The notes under the pieces were generated by a model. It was given only the letters and a program-made list of their open reading frames with translations, searched no databases and had not been told where the DNA came from. This document shows positions 47,539 through 57,670 of a stretch of 64,000 nucleotides of DNA, piece by piece (positions within the stretch are counted from its first letter, which is position 1; each line of letters opens with the position of its first letter). The DNA lies in assembly GCA_965223795.1 (NCBI GenBank), contig CBDCXL010000002.1, positions 2,912,001 through 2,976,000 of the forward strand, given 5' to 3'. The stretch comes from Nitrospinales bacterium. Its GTDB lineage: Bacteria > Nitrospinota > Nitrospinia > Nitrospinales > VA-1. The position numbers and the translations under genes were made by a program.

Positions 47539-49999
47539 GGAGCTCCGTGTGTCTGCGGTCGATCCAGTGCTCGAATTTTGAGGTTTTGTAGGCCGTGTGC
47601 ATCAGAATCATTTCCAGCAGGACGCGGATCGTCGCATACGAAGGTGGATGCTGTCCGGCGTCCTCAAAAAACCGGTTAGGAGAACCGTCCAGGGTTTTTA
47701 GAAATCCGGGAAACCGTTCGGTGATGAATTCAACGAAATCCCGGTCGTTTGAAAATGCCTCTTTGAGTCCGTCGAGCCCTTCCTGAATGTGTTTGCGGCG
47801 CAATCCATTGCGGTAGTAGGCCTCGGCGGCGGAATTCATCTCCCAGGCAGACAGCTTGAAGGGACAATGGGTCCCCGCTTCATTGAGAATTCCCTGCGTG
47901 ATGCGGCCGGCTGCCGAGCCCGTCTCAACATCGTTAATGCGGTGCGCCAGTCCGCCCAGCGTCTCCTGCATGTTGAGCAGGGAAACCAGATCCCCCGCTT
48001 CTTCCTTCAGATAGATCAGCAGTGCCTTCTTGTATTCCTGTGTCTGCACCCGGAAATAACCCGGATACCGGGAACTGGCGCGCACTTTCGCGGTCCGGCG
48101 CACGAGGTTTTTCAAAAAAAGGTTGCCGGTGTCGCCGCGCACGTAAAACGTGGGAATGCCGATGGCGGCGCCGAAGGCCACCTGCCGCCGTTCGCTTTCG
48201 ACAAACGGCGTGTCCGGAATCGAGGCGTGGGTCACCCTGCCTGTGGCCACCAGCTTGAACGCCAGCAGCGTGATGAGGTTTTGCAGATCCGCTGCCTCAC
48301 CCATGTCCTCCGTGATGTTTTCAAACAGCGAATAATACCGTCCCTCGAAACCGGAATAGCCCATTGAGGCGAACTGCCTCAGCCGGTAGAACATGTAGGG
48401 CGACATTTTTTCGTGAAACACGCCGAGATGCATCAGATCCTTGGCCAGGCGTTCCAGGTTGCCGGGTTTTCCGTCCAGCATGGGGCAGCCTTCCGTGCTC
48501 AACAGCGCGACCATGTAATCGACGAGGCGGAAATCGGGAATGACGTCGCCGCGAAAGCCGAACACATCGTTGATGATTTTATCCAGCCACCTGGGACCGA
48601 ACGGTGTGATTGGTTTGTTGAAAATTTTCAGCTTGGCTTTTTTGTGCCAGCGCCGCCAGATCATGCGCAGATGCGTGTAATGAAGCTGGTGCGGCAAAAA
48701 GCCCAGCGCCGTTTCCGGGTGGAAGTCGAAAAACTCCATCCGATAAGGAGCGGCGCTGTACTGGCCGACGAACAGGCTGAGAAAATGCTCGAACACTTTG
48801 ATCGCCAGATCGCCGATGTATTTTTCATGGCGCCCGGTAAAATCCTTTGTCTGCGCCTTGAGCGCCGCGGTCATCCGCTGGCTGCTCATGCTCAGGTGCG
48901 TGCCGTTGTTGGCCAGGCTGATATTGGACGTGTTGGGCAGCGTCACCAGATTGCGGGTGATGAGCCCGGCTTCGCGCAGCTTGGCCAGCGTGTTGAGCTG
49001 GCTGCGGCTCAGCACCTCGTGGCACAGCGACATGTAGGCGTGCTTTTCTTCGCCCCGGTCCCAGCCCGAAAGACAGGGGCTCATGAACAGCTCGCGGTAA
49101 AACGAATCCGGGATGCACTGGTTGAGCTTTTTCTGCCGGATCGGCGGATGCGGCGAATGGAAAACGATGGCTTCCTGGCCCCGCTCCTTGAGGCCGAAGC
49201 GGAGGTTGGCGTACTGAATCAGAAGCTGGGTGAACAGGAACCGCTGGCAGGTTTCGCGAGCGACGCTTTTGCCGTTGCCTTCGTCCGGAGCCAGCGCGGA
49301 AATGTAAAACGAGTGGGTCTCGGGTGAGGTGTTGTCGTTGAGAAAGTGGTCGAGCAGCAGGATGCCAGTCTGGTACAAAGCCGGTGGCAGACTCTTCCGG
49401 CGGTCGAGAAAATCCGCCAGCGCCAGCTTCAACAGGTAGCTGACCGGCAGGCGGCAGAACGCTTCGCCATGCTGCTTGAAGAAGAAGCGATCGAAATCAC
49501 CGCGCAAGCCGGAATGCGGGTCGTTCTTGTTCGCTCGCAAATCCTGGGACAGAATCTTTTTCGCCAGCGGGCTCAAGCGGTTGTGCGGGAAGCGCACCCA
49601 GCTGTTTTCCCATACCTGCTCCGGATTGGAATCGAGATAATCCTCAATATCAGTGAGAAGCCGTTTCGAAGTCTCGCCGGTTTTCTGCCGCTGGATGGCG
49701 TTGGAGAAAAAACTCGACGTGCGTATGGCGAGCGCCATGTCCACATTCGCGGCGTCGCCGATCACCGCCGCCTGCAGCTCGCTTTCTGAACCCGCGGTGA
49801 CGTCGCCCACCGAGAAAGGCAGGGTTTCAAGCAGCCTGTCGTAGTTTTTAAAATCCGTGCCCAACGCTTCCAGTGCGGCTTTTACAGACACCGGTTCCAA
49901 GGGGGCGGCCGATCGAGGGGCGTGCTTTTTCCCGGCGGGAGCCGGTAATGCGGAGGAATTGTTTTTATTCAAAGATAGGTTCCTCAATAGGAAATCCAA
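47516..49999 (-). CDS. Large hypothetical protein (827 aa) with possible glutamate-cysteine ligase/carboxylate-amine ligase fold
   Basis: Long ORF (TTG start) overlapping the psd-like start; ordered motifs AGSESELQ, SPETHS, NNGTHLS, YRLR and FEGR. The fold assignment is inference. Confidence 0.6.
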   Translation of the reverse strand: MDFLLRNLSLNKNNSSALPAPAGKKHAPRSAAPLEPVSVKAALEALGTDFKNYDRLLETLPFSVGDVTAGSESELQAAVIGDAANVDMALAIRTSSFFSNAIQRQKTGETSKRLLTDIEDYLDSNPEQVWENSWVRFPHNRLSPLAKKILSQDLRANKNDPHSGLRGDFDRFFFKQHGEAFCRLPVSYLLKLALADFLDRRKSLPPALYQTGILLLDHFLNDNTSPETHSFYISALAPDEGNGKSVARETCQRFLFTQLLIQYANLRFGLKERGQEAIVFHSPHPPIRQKKLNQCIPDSFYRELFMSPCLSGWDRGEEKHAYMSLCHEVLSRSQLNTLAKLREAGLITRNLVTLPNTSNISLANNGTHLSMSSQRMTAALKAQTKDFTGRHEKYIGDLAIKVFEHFLSLFVGQYSAAPYRMEFFDFHPETALGFLPHQLHYTHLRMIWRRWHKKAKLKIFNKPITPFGPRWLDKIINDVFGFRGDVIPDFRLVDYMVALLSTEGCPMLDGKPGNLERLAKDLMHLGVFHEKMSPYMFYRLRQFASMGYSGFEGRYYSLFENITEDMGEAADLQNLITLLAFKLVATGRVTHASIPDTPFVESERRQVAFGAAIGIPTFYVRGDTGNLFLKNLVRRTAKVRASSRYPGYFRVQTQEYKKALLIYLKEEAGDLVSLLNMQETLGGLAHRINDVETGSAAGRITQGILNEAGTHCPFKLSAWEMNSAAEAYYRNGLRRKHIQEGLDGLKEAFSNDRDFVEFITERFPGFLKTLDGSPNRFFEDAGQHPPSYATIRVLLEMILMHTAYKTSKFEHWIDRRHTELHDDASVY

Positions 50000-50029
50000 A
50001 TGGTGTCTTCCTCACATTAATCCCGGTTT

Positions 50030-50180
50030 GTTAGGCCGCTGGATTGTTTCTGTTATAAATCCGCTAGGTTTTTGAATCTGCAAGCGTGAAGCAAGCCGGG
50101 AGAGGCGCCTCCGGGAAAATTGTGATTTTCTGTGATCTTCATTGGATTCAAACCGAAATCTAACCAAGTGAGTATAGAAT
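50030..50180. promoter_or_regulatory. Divergent promoter with 11-bp-period heptamer boxes (Pho-box-like)
   Basis: + strand: TCTTCAT 50136, TTCAAAC 50147, ATCTAAC 50158, then TAGAAT 10 nt later. - strand: ACCTAGC, TTATAAC and GCCTAAC at 50063, 50052 and 50030. Confidence 0.5.
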
Positions 50181-50266
50181 CATTCCCACGTTTCAAGTCT
50201 GAGTGGCGATGCAGGCCGAATCCCGAACTGCATAGAAGTCGTATCAACAAAAAACAAGGCTGAACG

Positions 50267-51709
50267 ATGACAAAGTCTCTTCAGGACGTAACCCTTCCCC
50301 TTGGATCGTTTGAAAATTCTTCCCCGGTCAAAGTGCATCCGAACATATTTCGTGAGTCCGACATCCGAGGGCTGGTGGGTGACCACCTGACCGCGGATAC
50401 GGTGGAATTGATCGGCAAGGCCATCGGCACCTTTCTCAGGCGGGGGGGCGGGAAATTCCTGTGTCTCGGCCGTGACGTGCGCGAAAGCTCAGACCTGTTC
50501 CGCGCAGCGCTGTCGGGCGGTGTGACCTCGACCGGCTGCCATCTGATCGATATCGGACGCGTGCCCACACCGGTGTTTTATTTCGCGTTGTACCACCTGG
50601 AACTGCACGGCGGCGTGATGATCACCGGCAGCCACAATCCAGCGGACTACAATGGATTCAAAATCAGCCGGGGAACCCGGACGCTGCACGGCGGCGCGAT
50701 CCAGATGCTGCGCCGACTGATCGAGAACAAGGACTTTGAAACCGGACACGGCAGGATCTGGGAAACCGACGTGCGGGAAGATTACCTGGAAACCATAATT
50801 GGTCTCACGTCCCTTTCCCGCCCTCTGAAGGTGGTCGTGGACGGGGGCAACGCCTGTTTCGGTCTGGTGGGCCCGCGGCTTTTAAAACGGCTGGGCCTGG
50901 ACATCGTGGAGCTTTTCTGCGAACCGGACGGAAGTTTTCCCAACCACCACCCGGACCCGACGGTGGAAAGAAATCTGGTAGACTTGCAAAAGAAGGTTAT
51001 CGAGCATGGGGCGGATCTGGGAATCGGTTTCGACGGCGACGTGGACCGGATCGGTGTGGTGGATGAAACCGGCCGCATGATCTACGGCGACGAACTTCTC
51101 ATGCTGTTCGCACGCGATGTGCTCAAACGCCATCCCCGGGCCCGGGTCATCGGCGAGGTCAAATGCTCGCAGCATCTGTTCGACGACATCCGCAAACACG
51201 GTGGCGTTCCCATCATGACGGCGGTGGGGCATTCCCTGATCAAGAAAAAAATGTGGGAGACCGGGGCGCTGCTGGCGGGAGAGATGAGCGGCCACATTTG
51301 TTTCGCGGACGAATATTTCGGCTATGACGACGCCATTTATGCCGCCTGCCGCCTTATGCAGATCCTTTCAGCTTCCGATTGCAGCCTTGGAGACATGGTG
51401 GAAGCGCTTCCCAAGGCGATAGCGACTCCGGAGATCCGGGTAAATTGTCCTGATGAGAGCAAGTTCGAGGTGGTCCGCGAACTCAAACGCCATTTTCATG
51501 AACTCTATCCGCTGGTGGACATCGATGGCATCCGCATCGACTTCGGCGACGGCTGGGCGCTGGTGCGCGCGTCCAACACACAGCCGGTGCTGACGCTGCG
51601 ATTCGAGGCCGACAATCGGAAACGGCTGGAGGAAATTCAAAAGATCGTTCAGGAACCCCTCATGGGCATCGACTCGAACCTCAACTTCTACCTGCCGGGA
51701 AAGCCCTAA
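50267..51709 (+). CDS. Phosphomannomutase/phosphoglucomutase (AlgC-like)
   Basis: TGSHNP, FDGDVDR, GEMSGH and RASNT motifs. Confidence 0.95.
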   Translation: MTKSLQDVTLPLGSFENSSPVKVHPNIFRESDIRGLVGDHLTADTVELIGKAIGTFLRRGGGKFLCLGRDVRESSDLFRAALSGGVTSTGCHLIDIGRVPTPVFYFALYHLELHGGVMITGSHNPADYNGFKISRGTRTLHGGAIQMLRRLIENKDFETGHGRIWETDVREDYLETIIGLTSLSRPLKVVVDGGNACFGLVGPRLLKRLGLDIVELFCEPDGSFPNHHPDPTVERNLVDLQKKVIEHGADLGIGFDGDVDRIGVVDETGRMIYGDELLMLFARDVLKRHPRARVIGEVKCSQHLFDDIRKHGGVPIMTAVGHSLIKKKMWETGALLAGEMSGHICFADEYFGYDDAIYAACRLMQILSASDCSLGDMVEALPKAIATPEIRVNCPDESKFEVVRELKRHFHELYPLVDIDGIRIDFGDGWALVRASNTQPVLTLRFEADNRKRLEEIQKIVQEPLMGIDSNLNFYLPGKP

Positions 51710-51721
51710 AAACAGAGACGC

Positions 51722-51748
51722 GCGGCGTGCCGAACGCGCCGCTTTTTT
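51722..51748 (+). terminator. Intrinsic terminator
   Basis: GCGGCGTG-CCGAA-CGCGCCGC followed by TTTTTT. Confidence 0.65.
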
Positions 51749-51804
51749 AACGCAAACACAACTCATTTGGCGCGTGTGGCCAAACCGGATTCAAGAGGGT
51801 TGCC

Positions 51805-53427
51805 GTGGCACAAAATCAAATGTCGCTTAAAACCAAAATGGTGTCTGCGGCGTTCGTCGTTGCTCTGCTGTCACTGGGGTTTTACATGACCGGCACGCGG
51901 TCGCTTCCCGATGAAGTCACTTCCGGTTTCACGCCGGGACTGTTTCTCAAACCGAACAACGACAGCGACCGCGCAGTGGCGATTCTTTCCGCCGGGCAGG
52001 ATTTTTTCGGTTACCGCATGGCGGGCGTTCCAGACGGGCTGGGTGCGCTGGACAACGGCGATGGCACATTCACGCTGTTCATGAATCACGAGCTGCCCCG
52101 GACCAAAGGACGCGTCCGCAAACACGGGGGCCGCGGGGCGTTCGTCTCCCGCTGGGTGCTCACCAAGCCGGGGCATCCTTCGGGTGATTTTCGCGTGCTG
52201 GCCGGGGAGGATTGGATCCAGCGGGTGATGCTTTGGAACTCCGGCACGGGAGAGTTCGAATCCGTTTCCGGTGCGGCGTTTCAAAATTTCTGCTCAGCGA
52301 GCCTGATGCCGCCGGGGAGCCTGAGCTTCTCCGGACTGGGCACCGATGCGGGCATCTTTTTCACCGGCGAGGAAAGCGATGCGTATTCGGATGACGCTTA
52401 CGGGCGGGCCTTCGCCGTTCTGGTGACCGGCGAGGACGCGGGCATGGCGTATGAGCTGCCGCGTCTGGGTGACATGGCGTTTGAAAACGTCGTGCCGAGC
52501 CCGATGCCCCAGAAAAAAACCGTGCTGATTGCGCTGGACGATGCGGACGCGAAAACTGCCGACACGCTGGGTGAGCTGTACGTGTACATTGGCGAAAAAA
52601 CCGATCGGGGCAGCGCCATCGACAAGGCGGGACTGAATAACGGAAACCTGTACGGCATTCGGATTGTGGGGTTGCCGGTGGAGCACGCGCCGCTCGGCAT
52701 TCCCAAAGGCGACACCGCGCCGTTTGAACTGGTCGACCTGGGAGACCAATCCGGCGACGACGGCAGCCGCCTGTTTGAAGAAACGCGCGCCGGCAATGCG
52801 AAAGGAGTGACCAAATTTCTCAGGCCCGAGGACGGTCACTGGGACCCGGCGAATCCGAACGTCTTTTATTTCACCACCACCGGGGCGCTGTTCGATTCCG
52901 GCGGTTTCGGTTTTCGCGACCGCTACGGTCCGGGCCGTTTGTGGAAACTGGTGTTCAGCGATATTCAAAACCCGCAGGCAGGCGGAACGCTCGTGCGGTT
53001 GACCACGGGCTGGGAAGGGATGACGTGCCCGGATAATATTACAGTGGACCGCCAGGGACGTGTCTACATTCAGGAAGATCCCGGTAACCGGCCGCGGCTG
53101 GCAAAAATATGGAGATACGATCCGACAGACGCTTCGCTGGTTGCGATCGCCGAGCACGACGCCACCTGGTTCGGGATGTGGAGCTCGCACGCACTGACGC
53201 AGAACGAAGAATCCTCGGGCATCATCGACATGGAACCCATTCTGGGTGAAGGCTGGTTTCTCGCGACGGTGCAGGCGCACATCGAATTGAGCGGGAAAAA
53301 AGGCGCGAAAAACCGCAGGCGGATGGGGATCGATCCGGAGACCGGGAATGAAATCGTCGAATCGGGCCAGCTGGTGGCGCTTCACTTTCAGACGGACACT
53401 GTAAAACAGGCTATGGATATCCGATGA
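51805..53427 (+). CDS. Exported PhoX/DUF839-like alkaline phosphatase family protein
   Basis: PDGLG, MNHE, FCS, GEE, FEN, RPEDG, PDN, QED and EESSG motifs of the PhoX-type propeller. Confidence 0.7.
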   Translation: MAQNQMSLKTKMVSAAFVVALLSLGFYMTGTRSLPDEVTSGFTPGLFLKPNNDSDRAVAILSAGQDFFGYRMAGVPDGLGALDNGDGTFTLFMNHELPRTKGRVRKHGGRGAFVSRWVLTKPGHPSGDFRVLAGEDWIQRVMLWNSGTGEFESVSGAAFQNFCSASLMPPGSLSFSGLGTDAGIFFTGEESDAYSDDAYGRAFAVLVTGEDAGMAYELPRLGDMAFENVVPSPMPQKKTVLIALDDADAKTADTLGELYVYIGEKTDRGSAIDKAGLNNGNLYGIRIVGLPVEHAPLGIPKGDTAPFELVDLGDQSGDDGSRLFEETRAGNAKGVTKFLRPEDGHWDPANPNVFYFTTTGALFDSGGFGFRDRYGPGRLWKLVFSDIQNPQAGGTLVRLTTGWEGMTCPDNITVDRQGRVYIQEDPGNRPRLAKIWRYDPTDASLVAIAEHDATWFGMWSSHALTQNEESSGIIDMEPILGEGWFLATVQAHIELSGKKGAKNRRRMGIDPETGNEIVESGQLVALHFQTDTVKQAMDIR

Positions 53428-53460
53428 AAGCCGCGGCCCTTCTTGCGAAGGGCCGGAACC

Positions 53461-53859
53461 TTATTTTTTGGACTTTTTCTTCTTTTTGTCTTTGCTTTTG
53501 GAGCTTTTTCGGGGAGGTTCTTCCTCCTCTTCATCCTCGTCTTCTTCTTCGTAGTCTTCCTCGTCCACTTCTTCTACTTCTACAGCAGCCGGTTCGGAAG
53601 AAAGGATGCGGAATTCTTTTTTATCTTCATTTTCTTCGAGCGCCATCCACGCCATTTCCAGCGACAGTTTTTCCTTGCCTTTCTTGACAGCGGCTTCCAG
53701 TTCCATGCTCACGTGAGAACCGGGTTTCAATGTCACCAGATCGTCTCCGTGCTGAATGCAGATGGTGCCGGCTCTCAGGCTTTCCACCAGGTCTTCCAGA
53801 AACGCGACGACCTGATCGCTTTCCATTCTTTCGTTGATGACCACCGATTTCTTTTCCAT
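53461..53859 (-). CDS. Amphi-Trp domain protein with acidic then basic tail
   Basis: GGAG before ATG 53859; VVAFLEDLVESLRAG...KEKLSLEMAW followed by an EEEDEDEEEEE tract. Confidence 0.8.
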   Translation of the reverse strand: MEKKSVVINERMESDQVVAFLEDLVESLRAGTICIQHGDDLVTLKPGSHVSMELEAAVKKGKEKLSLEMAWMALEENEDKKEFRILSSEPAAVEVEEVDEEDYEEEDEDEEEEEPPRKSSKSKDKKKKKSKK

Positions 53860-54019
53860 GTCGTTTCTCCGCTTGATGATACTTTGCAGACGGACCCGCT
53901 TGGGAAAATGGATGATCCGTCCGCTTTCCGCCTCAGCACCCTCTGTTTTCGATTTTTGAATGAGCCGCATTATACGCGCACTTTGCACCTTTGCTAATAA
54001 GTTTAAACAATTTAATTGG

Positions 54020-55120
54020 TTAATTTGATAAAGTCAGGTTACCGGTCTCCAAAATTTCCAGGCAGGTCTCACTAACAATCTGAAAATCCTTGCCACCTGT
54101 GATCTCCACCGCCGGGCAATCTGCAAGGTGCTTGAGGTAGTCTTCCACGCCGGGCTCGTCCGTCACCCTGTCGGTCTCCGGGGAATAATAAAGCCCCAAT
54201 GACTTGATGAAGGACTGCAGCAGTTCGGGCCTTTTCTGCAAATCGACGGGGTGCACTTCCGGCGGTTTGTCCATGCCGGCCCAGTTGAACACCGCGACCA
54301 GATCCAGCTCGCCTTCCAGTGCATACTTGTTAGGCCCGAAGCATTCGTCGATGATGGCGTCGTATTTTTCCTCCAGTCCCCACAGTTCTTCAGGGGGCAG
54401 CTGGGAATATGCCCTTTTCTTTTCCTTGCCGATCAGGTTTGCAAGGTCGGGATTGTGAATGATGGTTCCCGGATTGATGCGCGGATGCTTGGGGACGCCG
54501 CGCATCTGGATGGAATCTCCGGTCTTTTTGAGCAGGAGCCGGTCGTTGGAGACGAAGGTGGCGCCGCGGCTCATGAAGTTCAGAGACAGGGTGGACTTGC
54601 CCATGCCCGAGTAGCCGGCGATGCAAAGGCCCTTGCCTTTCCACTGGATGCCGGCCGCGTGGGCGAGGATGTAGCCCTGATCGAGAAACCAGTGCATGTA
54701 CTGGTTGTTGATGAAATTGATGACCTGATTGGAATACGTCTTCACCGGCCCCACGGCGAGATACTGCCCGCTGCCGAACAAAAGGTGCACGCCGGTTTCG
54801 CGTTTGCGGATCAAACGGCCGTCGGCCAGATCGGCGAATTCTTCCTTGATCCGGGTTTTTCCCGAATCGGGAAGCCGCTGGGTGAGCGCAAGATCCAGCC
54901 TCGGTTCCGGGGTTTCCAGCGCCTCGATGGTGACGTTCGGCTTGCCGCCCTTCGATGGAAACTCCTTGAAGTAGTTTCTCAGATCGTCGATGAGCCCGCT
55001 GGAATTCGTGCGCACTTCCACTTCAAAACCGCTGAAGCAGAAATTCGCTTTGTGCCCGGGGCTCTCGCCATTGGTGAGTTGGGCGCGGATTTGCGCGATA
55101 TCAAGATCTTTGTAATTCAT
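54020..55120 (-). CDS. HprK-related kinase B (GAK system)
   Basis: LAHAAG, Walker A GYSGMGKST, VSNDR and KHPRINPGT motifs. Confidence 0.85.
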   Translation of the reverse strand: MNYKDLDIAQIRAQLTNGESPGHKANFCFSGFEVEVRTNSSGLIDDLRNYFKEFPSKGGKPNVTIEALETPEPRLDLALTQRLPDSGKTRIKEEFADLADGRLIRKRETGVHLLFGSGQYLAVGPVKTYSNQVINFINNQYMHWFLDQGYILAHAAGIQWKGKGLCIAGYSGMGKSTLSLNFMSRGATFVSNDRLLLKKTGDSIQMRGVPKHPRINPGTIIHNPDLANLIGKEKKRAYSQLPPEELWGLEEKYDAIIDECFGPNKYALEGELDLVAVFNWAGMDKPPEVHPVDLQKRPELLQSFIKSLGLYYSPETDRVTDEPGVEDYLKHLADCPAVEITGGKDFQIVSETCLEILETGNLTLSN

Positions 55121-56012
55121 GGCCCAGTTTTTTCAGGATGTAATCGGCCACCAGCTCGGCGGCGTCGATGTTGTGTGCTTCTTTGAGACCGCGGAACCCG
55201 CCGAAAGCGGAAACCTCGAACACCATCGGCCCCCGATCCGTTTCCACCAGATCCACACAGGTGAAATCCAGATTGAAGATCGACTGCGCCTTGTCCGCAA
55301 GCTGAATCCAGGCCGGGTCCGGTTCATGCGGTTCGTATTTCCCGCCGGAATGGATCGTGGTGTTCCAGGCGGATTCACTTGCCACGCGGGAATAGGTGGC
55401 CAGGTACTTGCCGCCCAGAAACACGAGCCCGTAATCGCGGTCGGGGATGGGCAGGAACTTCTGAATGTAGATCACCGGATTTCCCGCCGCCTGAAATTGT
55501 TCCAGCGCTGCTTTCACACCCGGTCCATCTTCCAGCACCTGCATGCCGCGCGCTTTGGTGCTGTACAGGGGCTTGAGCACGACCTTGCCGAATCGCTGAA
55601 CCGCCTCGGCGGCGCGTTCGATGTTTTCCGTGATCACTGTGGGCGGCATGGGGATTCCGCCCTGGCGCAGCCGGACGGTACAAGCCAGGCGGTCGAGCAG
55701 CGCTTGAATGCACTGCGGTCTGGAGAAGATGCGCACACCCTGGTTCTGCAAAAACCCCAGGACTTCCAGCCGGTCCAGCAAATGCGGACTGTATTCCTGA
55801 CCGAGTTTCTTGACGAACAGCGCGTCCAGTTTGGCAAGATCCTGTCCGTCCTGCAGCACGGCGCCGTTTTCCAGATCAAAGCTCACTTTATCCATCTCGA
55901 CGAGGACCGGATCGTCGATGCGCTGCCGGAGCGATTCCATGAGATGGTCGCAGGACCAGTTGTCCGGCAGCCCCACCACACCGATTCTCGGCTGGTTCGT
56001 GTATTCAGTCAT
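55101..56012 (-). CDS. GAK system ATP-grasp enzyme
   Basis: KPLYSTKARGM, WNTTIHSGGKY and FEVSAFGGFRGL motifs. Confidence 0.85.
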   Translation of the reverse strand: MTEYTNQPRIGVVGLPDNWSCDHLMESLRQRIDDPVLVEMDKVSFDLENGAVLQDGQDLAKLDALFVKKLGQEYSPHLLDRLEVLGFLQNQGVRIFSRPQCIQALLDRLACTVRLRQGGIPMPPTVITENIERAAEAVQRFGKVVLKPLYSTKARGMQVLEDGPGVKAALEQFQAAGNPVIYIQKFLPIPDRDYGLVFLGGKYLATYSRVASESAWNTTIHSGGKYEPHEPDPAWIQLADKAQSIFNLDFTCVDLVETDRGPMVFEVSAFGGFRGLKEAHNIDAAELVADYILKKLGHELQRS

Positions 56013-57670
56013 TAGTAGTAAAGCACCGATTCGGGAAATTTGAAATCATCGTAACTCTCGCTGTTGTGATGGACGATCTTCTCCAACAGGTACACAGCCC
56101 TCAGCAGCATGGCTTCGGCGAAATCATCGTGAATCTCAAACCGTGTCGAGGTGAACAGGGAACGGGTCACTCCCAGCGCGAGCCGCGCTTCAAACGTCGA
56201 ATCCTTGTGTTTTTTGGCGAAAGTTTTACCAAACTGGAAAAATTCTGAAATGACGTGATTGACTCGCTTGCGAATGGCTTCGTCGAAAATGGGCTGCCTG
56301 AAATTGGAAATGAGAAATACCGAAAGGTCCTGAACGTAGTCCTGTTTCGCCGAGCGGTACAGGTCGATGAAGTGGATCTTCTTCTCGTGCTGGTTGTAAA
56401 TGACGTTGTCGATGTTGAAATCACCATGAATGCGCACGCTGAACGGCGCTTTCAGCTTTTTCTCGATGGCGCCTGCCTTTTCGAGCAGCTTTTTGAGGGA
56501 GGCGGTGTTCTGGTCGCCGATTTGTTTTTCCAGAAGCTCGAAGTCGGGATGGGCTTTGAGAATGTCCTTGATCCGGGACTCGATTTGCTTGATGAATTTG
56601 GCGGATACTTCACCTTCTTTGTAGGTCCGTTCCCATACTTCCGCAAGTGTCTTTTTGGTGGCGTTGAGTGTTTCCTTGAGCGGGCCTGTCTTGGGTATGA
56701 GAAGCACCTGCTGGATGGTGCGTCCGTCCAGGAATTCCAGCAGCAGGGAGGCCAGTTTGCCGCTTTTGGTCAGGCCGTATACTTTGGGCGGCAGGCCGGG
56801 TTTGATTTCCTCCCAGGCCAGGATGCTGTCCCGTTCTTTTTCGAGCTTGTTGGCCCTGCCTTCTTTGAACACCACACGGGATTCAACACCATTAGGGCCT
56901 TTATCCCGGATACGGCGGATGCGGCAGCCGGATTTGGTTTCCCAGAATGATTCGATGGTGAGGTCGGTGACCGGGCCTTGCATGTTCCGGCTGGCCATCG
57001 TGTCCTCGAGCTCCTCGAAATCGTGGATCTTCAGTTTTTCACCCAATACGGCGAAGATGATGGCCTCGCCGATGTTGAGGATGGCGTCGCCCAGGCGCTC
57101 CAGGTAATTGATCACGAAAATCATCGTGACGTAGTTTTTGATCTCCTGGCCGTCCTCAAGGTCCTTGATGATGCTGTTCAGGTTGCGTTCAAAATGGCTG
57201 TCAATGTTGAACTCGGTGCGGCAGATCTTGAGCGCCAGTTCGATGTCCTGGGCGGTCAGCGCATTGAGGATGAGTCCTATGCCCTTCAGGGCCTCGTCGA
57301 AAAAATCCTTCAGCCTGAAGCGCCGGATGAATTGGGGATTGTCGAAATAAGTGATCTGGTTGACGATGGAGACTGCATAATCAGCGATCCGCTCCAGGTT
57401 GGAAGCGATGACGTTGACGGCGCGGATGAGGTCCTGTGCCTTTTTGTCAACGTCGGGATTGTTGATGTGGTGGCTGTAGCACTTGTTCTCGATAGCGTTT
57501 TTGAGGTTGTCGATGTAATCGTCCCGCGCATCGATTTTGGTCACCATGGCCTCGGTGGGATTGTCGAACACTTTCTGCGTGTCCTCCACCTGCTTGGTGA
57601 CCTCGATCACCATCAATTTCAGATTGCGGTCGATTCCCTTGCGGGCCAGGACTTTTTCACTGAACTCCAT
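56012..57670 (-). CDS. PhoU domain fused to an APH/kinase-like phosphotransferase
   Basis: PhoU repeats (LERIADY, LERLGD), then HGDFNIDN and FIDL. Confidence 0.85.
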   Translation of the reverse strand: MEFSEKVLARKGIDRNLKLMVIEVTKQVEDTQKVFDNPTEAMVTKIDARDDYIDNLKNAIENKCYSHHINNPDVDKKAQDLIRAVNVIASNLERIADYAVSIVNQITYFDNPQFIRRFRLKDFFDEALKGIGLILNALTAQDIELALKICRTEFNIDSHFERNLNSIIKDLEDGQEIKNYVTMIFVINYLERLGDAILNIGEAIIFAVLGEKLKIHDFEELEDTMASRNMQGPVTDLTIESFWETKSGCRIRRIRDKGPNGVESRVVFKEGRANKLEKERDSILAWEEIKPGLPPKVYGLTKSGKLASLLLEFLDGRTIQQVLLIPKTGPLKETLNATKKTLAEVWERTYKEGEVSAKFIKQIESRIKDILKAHPDFELLEKQIGDQNTASLKKLLEKAGAIEKKLKAPFSVRIHGDFNIDNVIYNQHEKKIHFIDLYRSAKQDYVQDLSVFLISNFRQPIFDEAIRKRVNHVISEFFQFGKTFAKKHKDSTFEARLALGVTRSLFTSTRFEIHDDFAEAMLLRAVYLLEKIVHHNSESYDDFKFPESVLYY

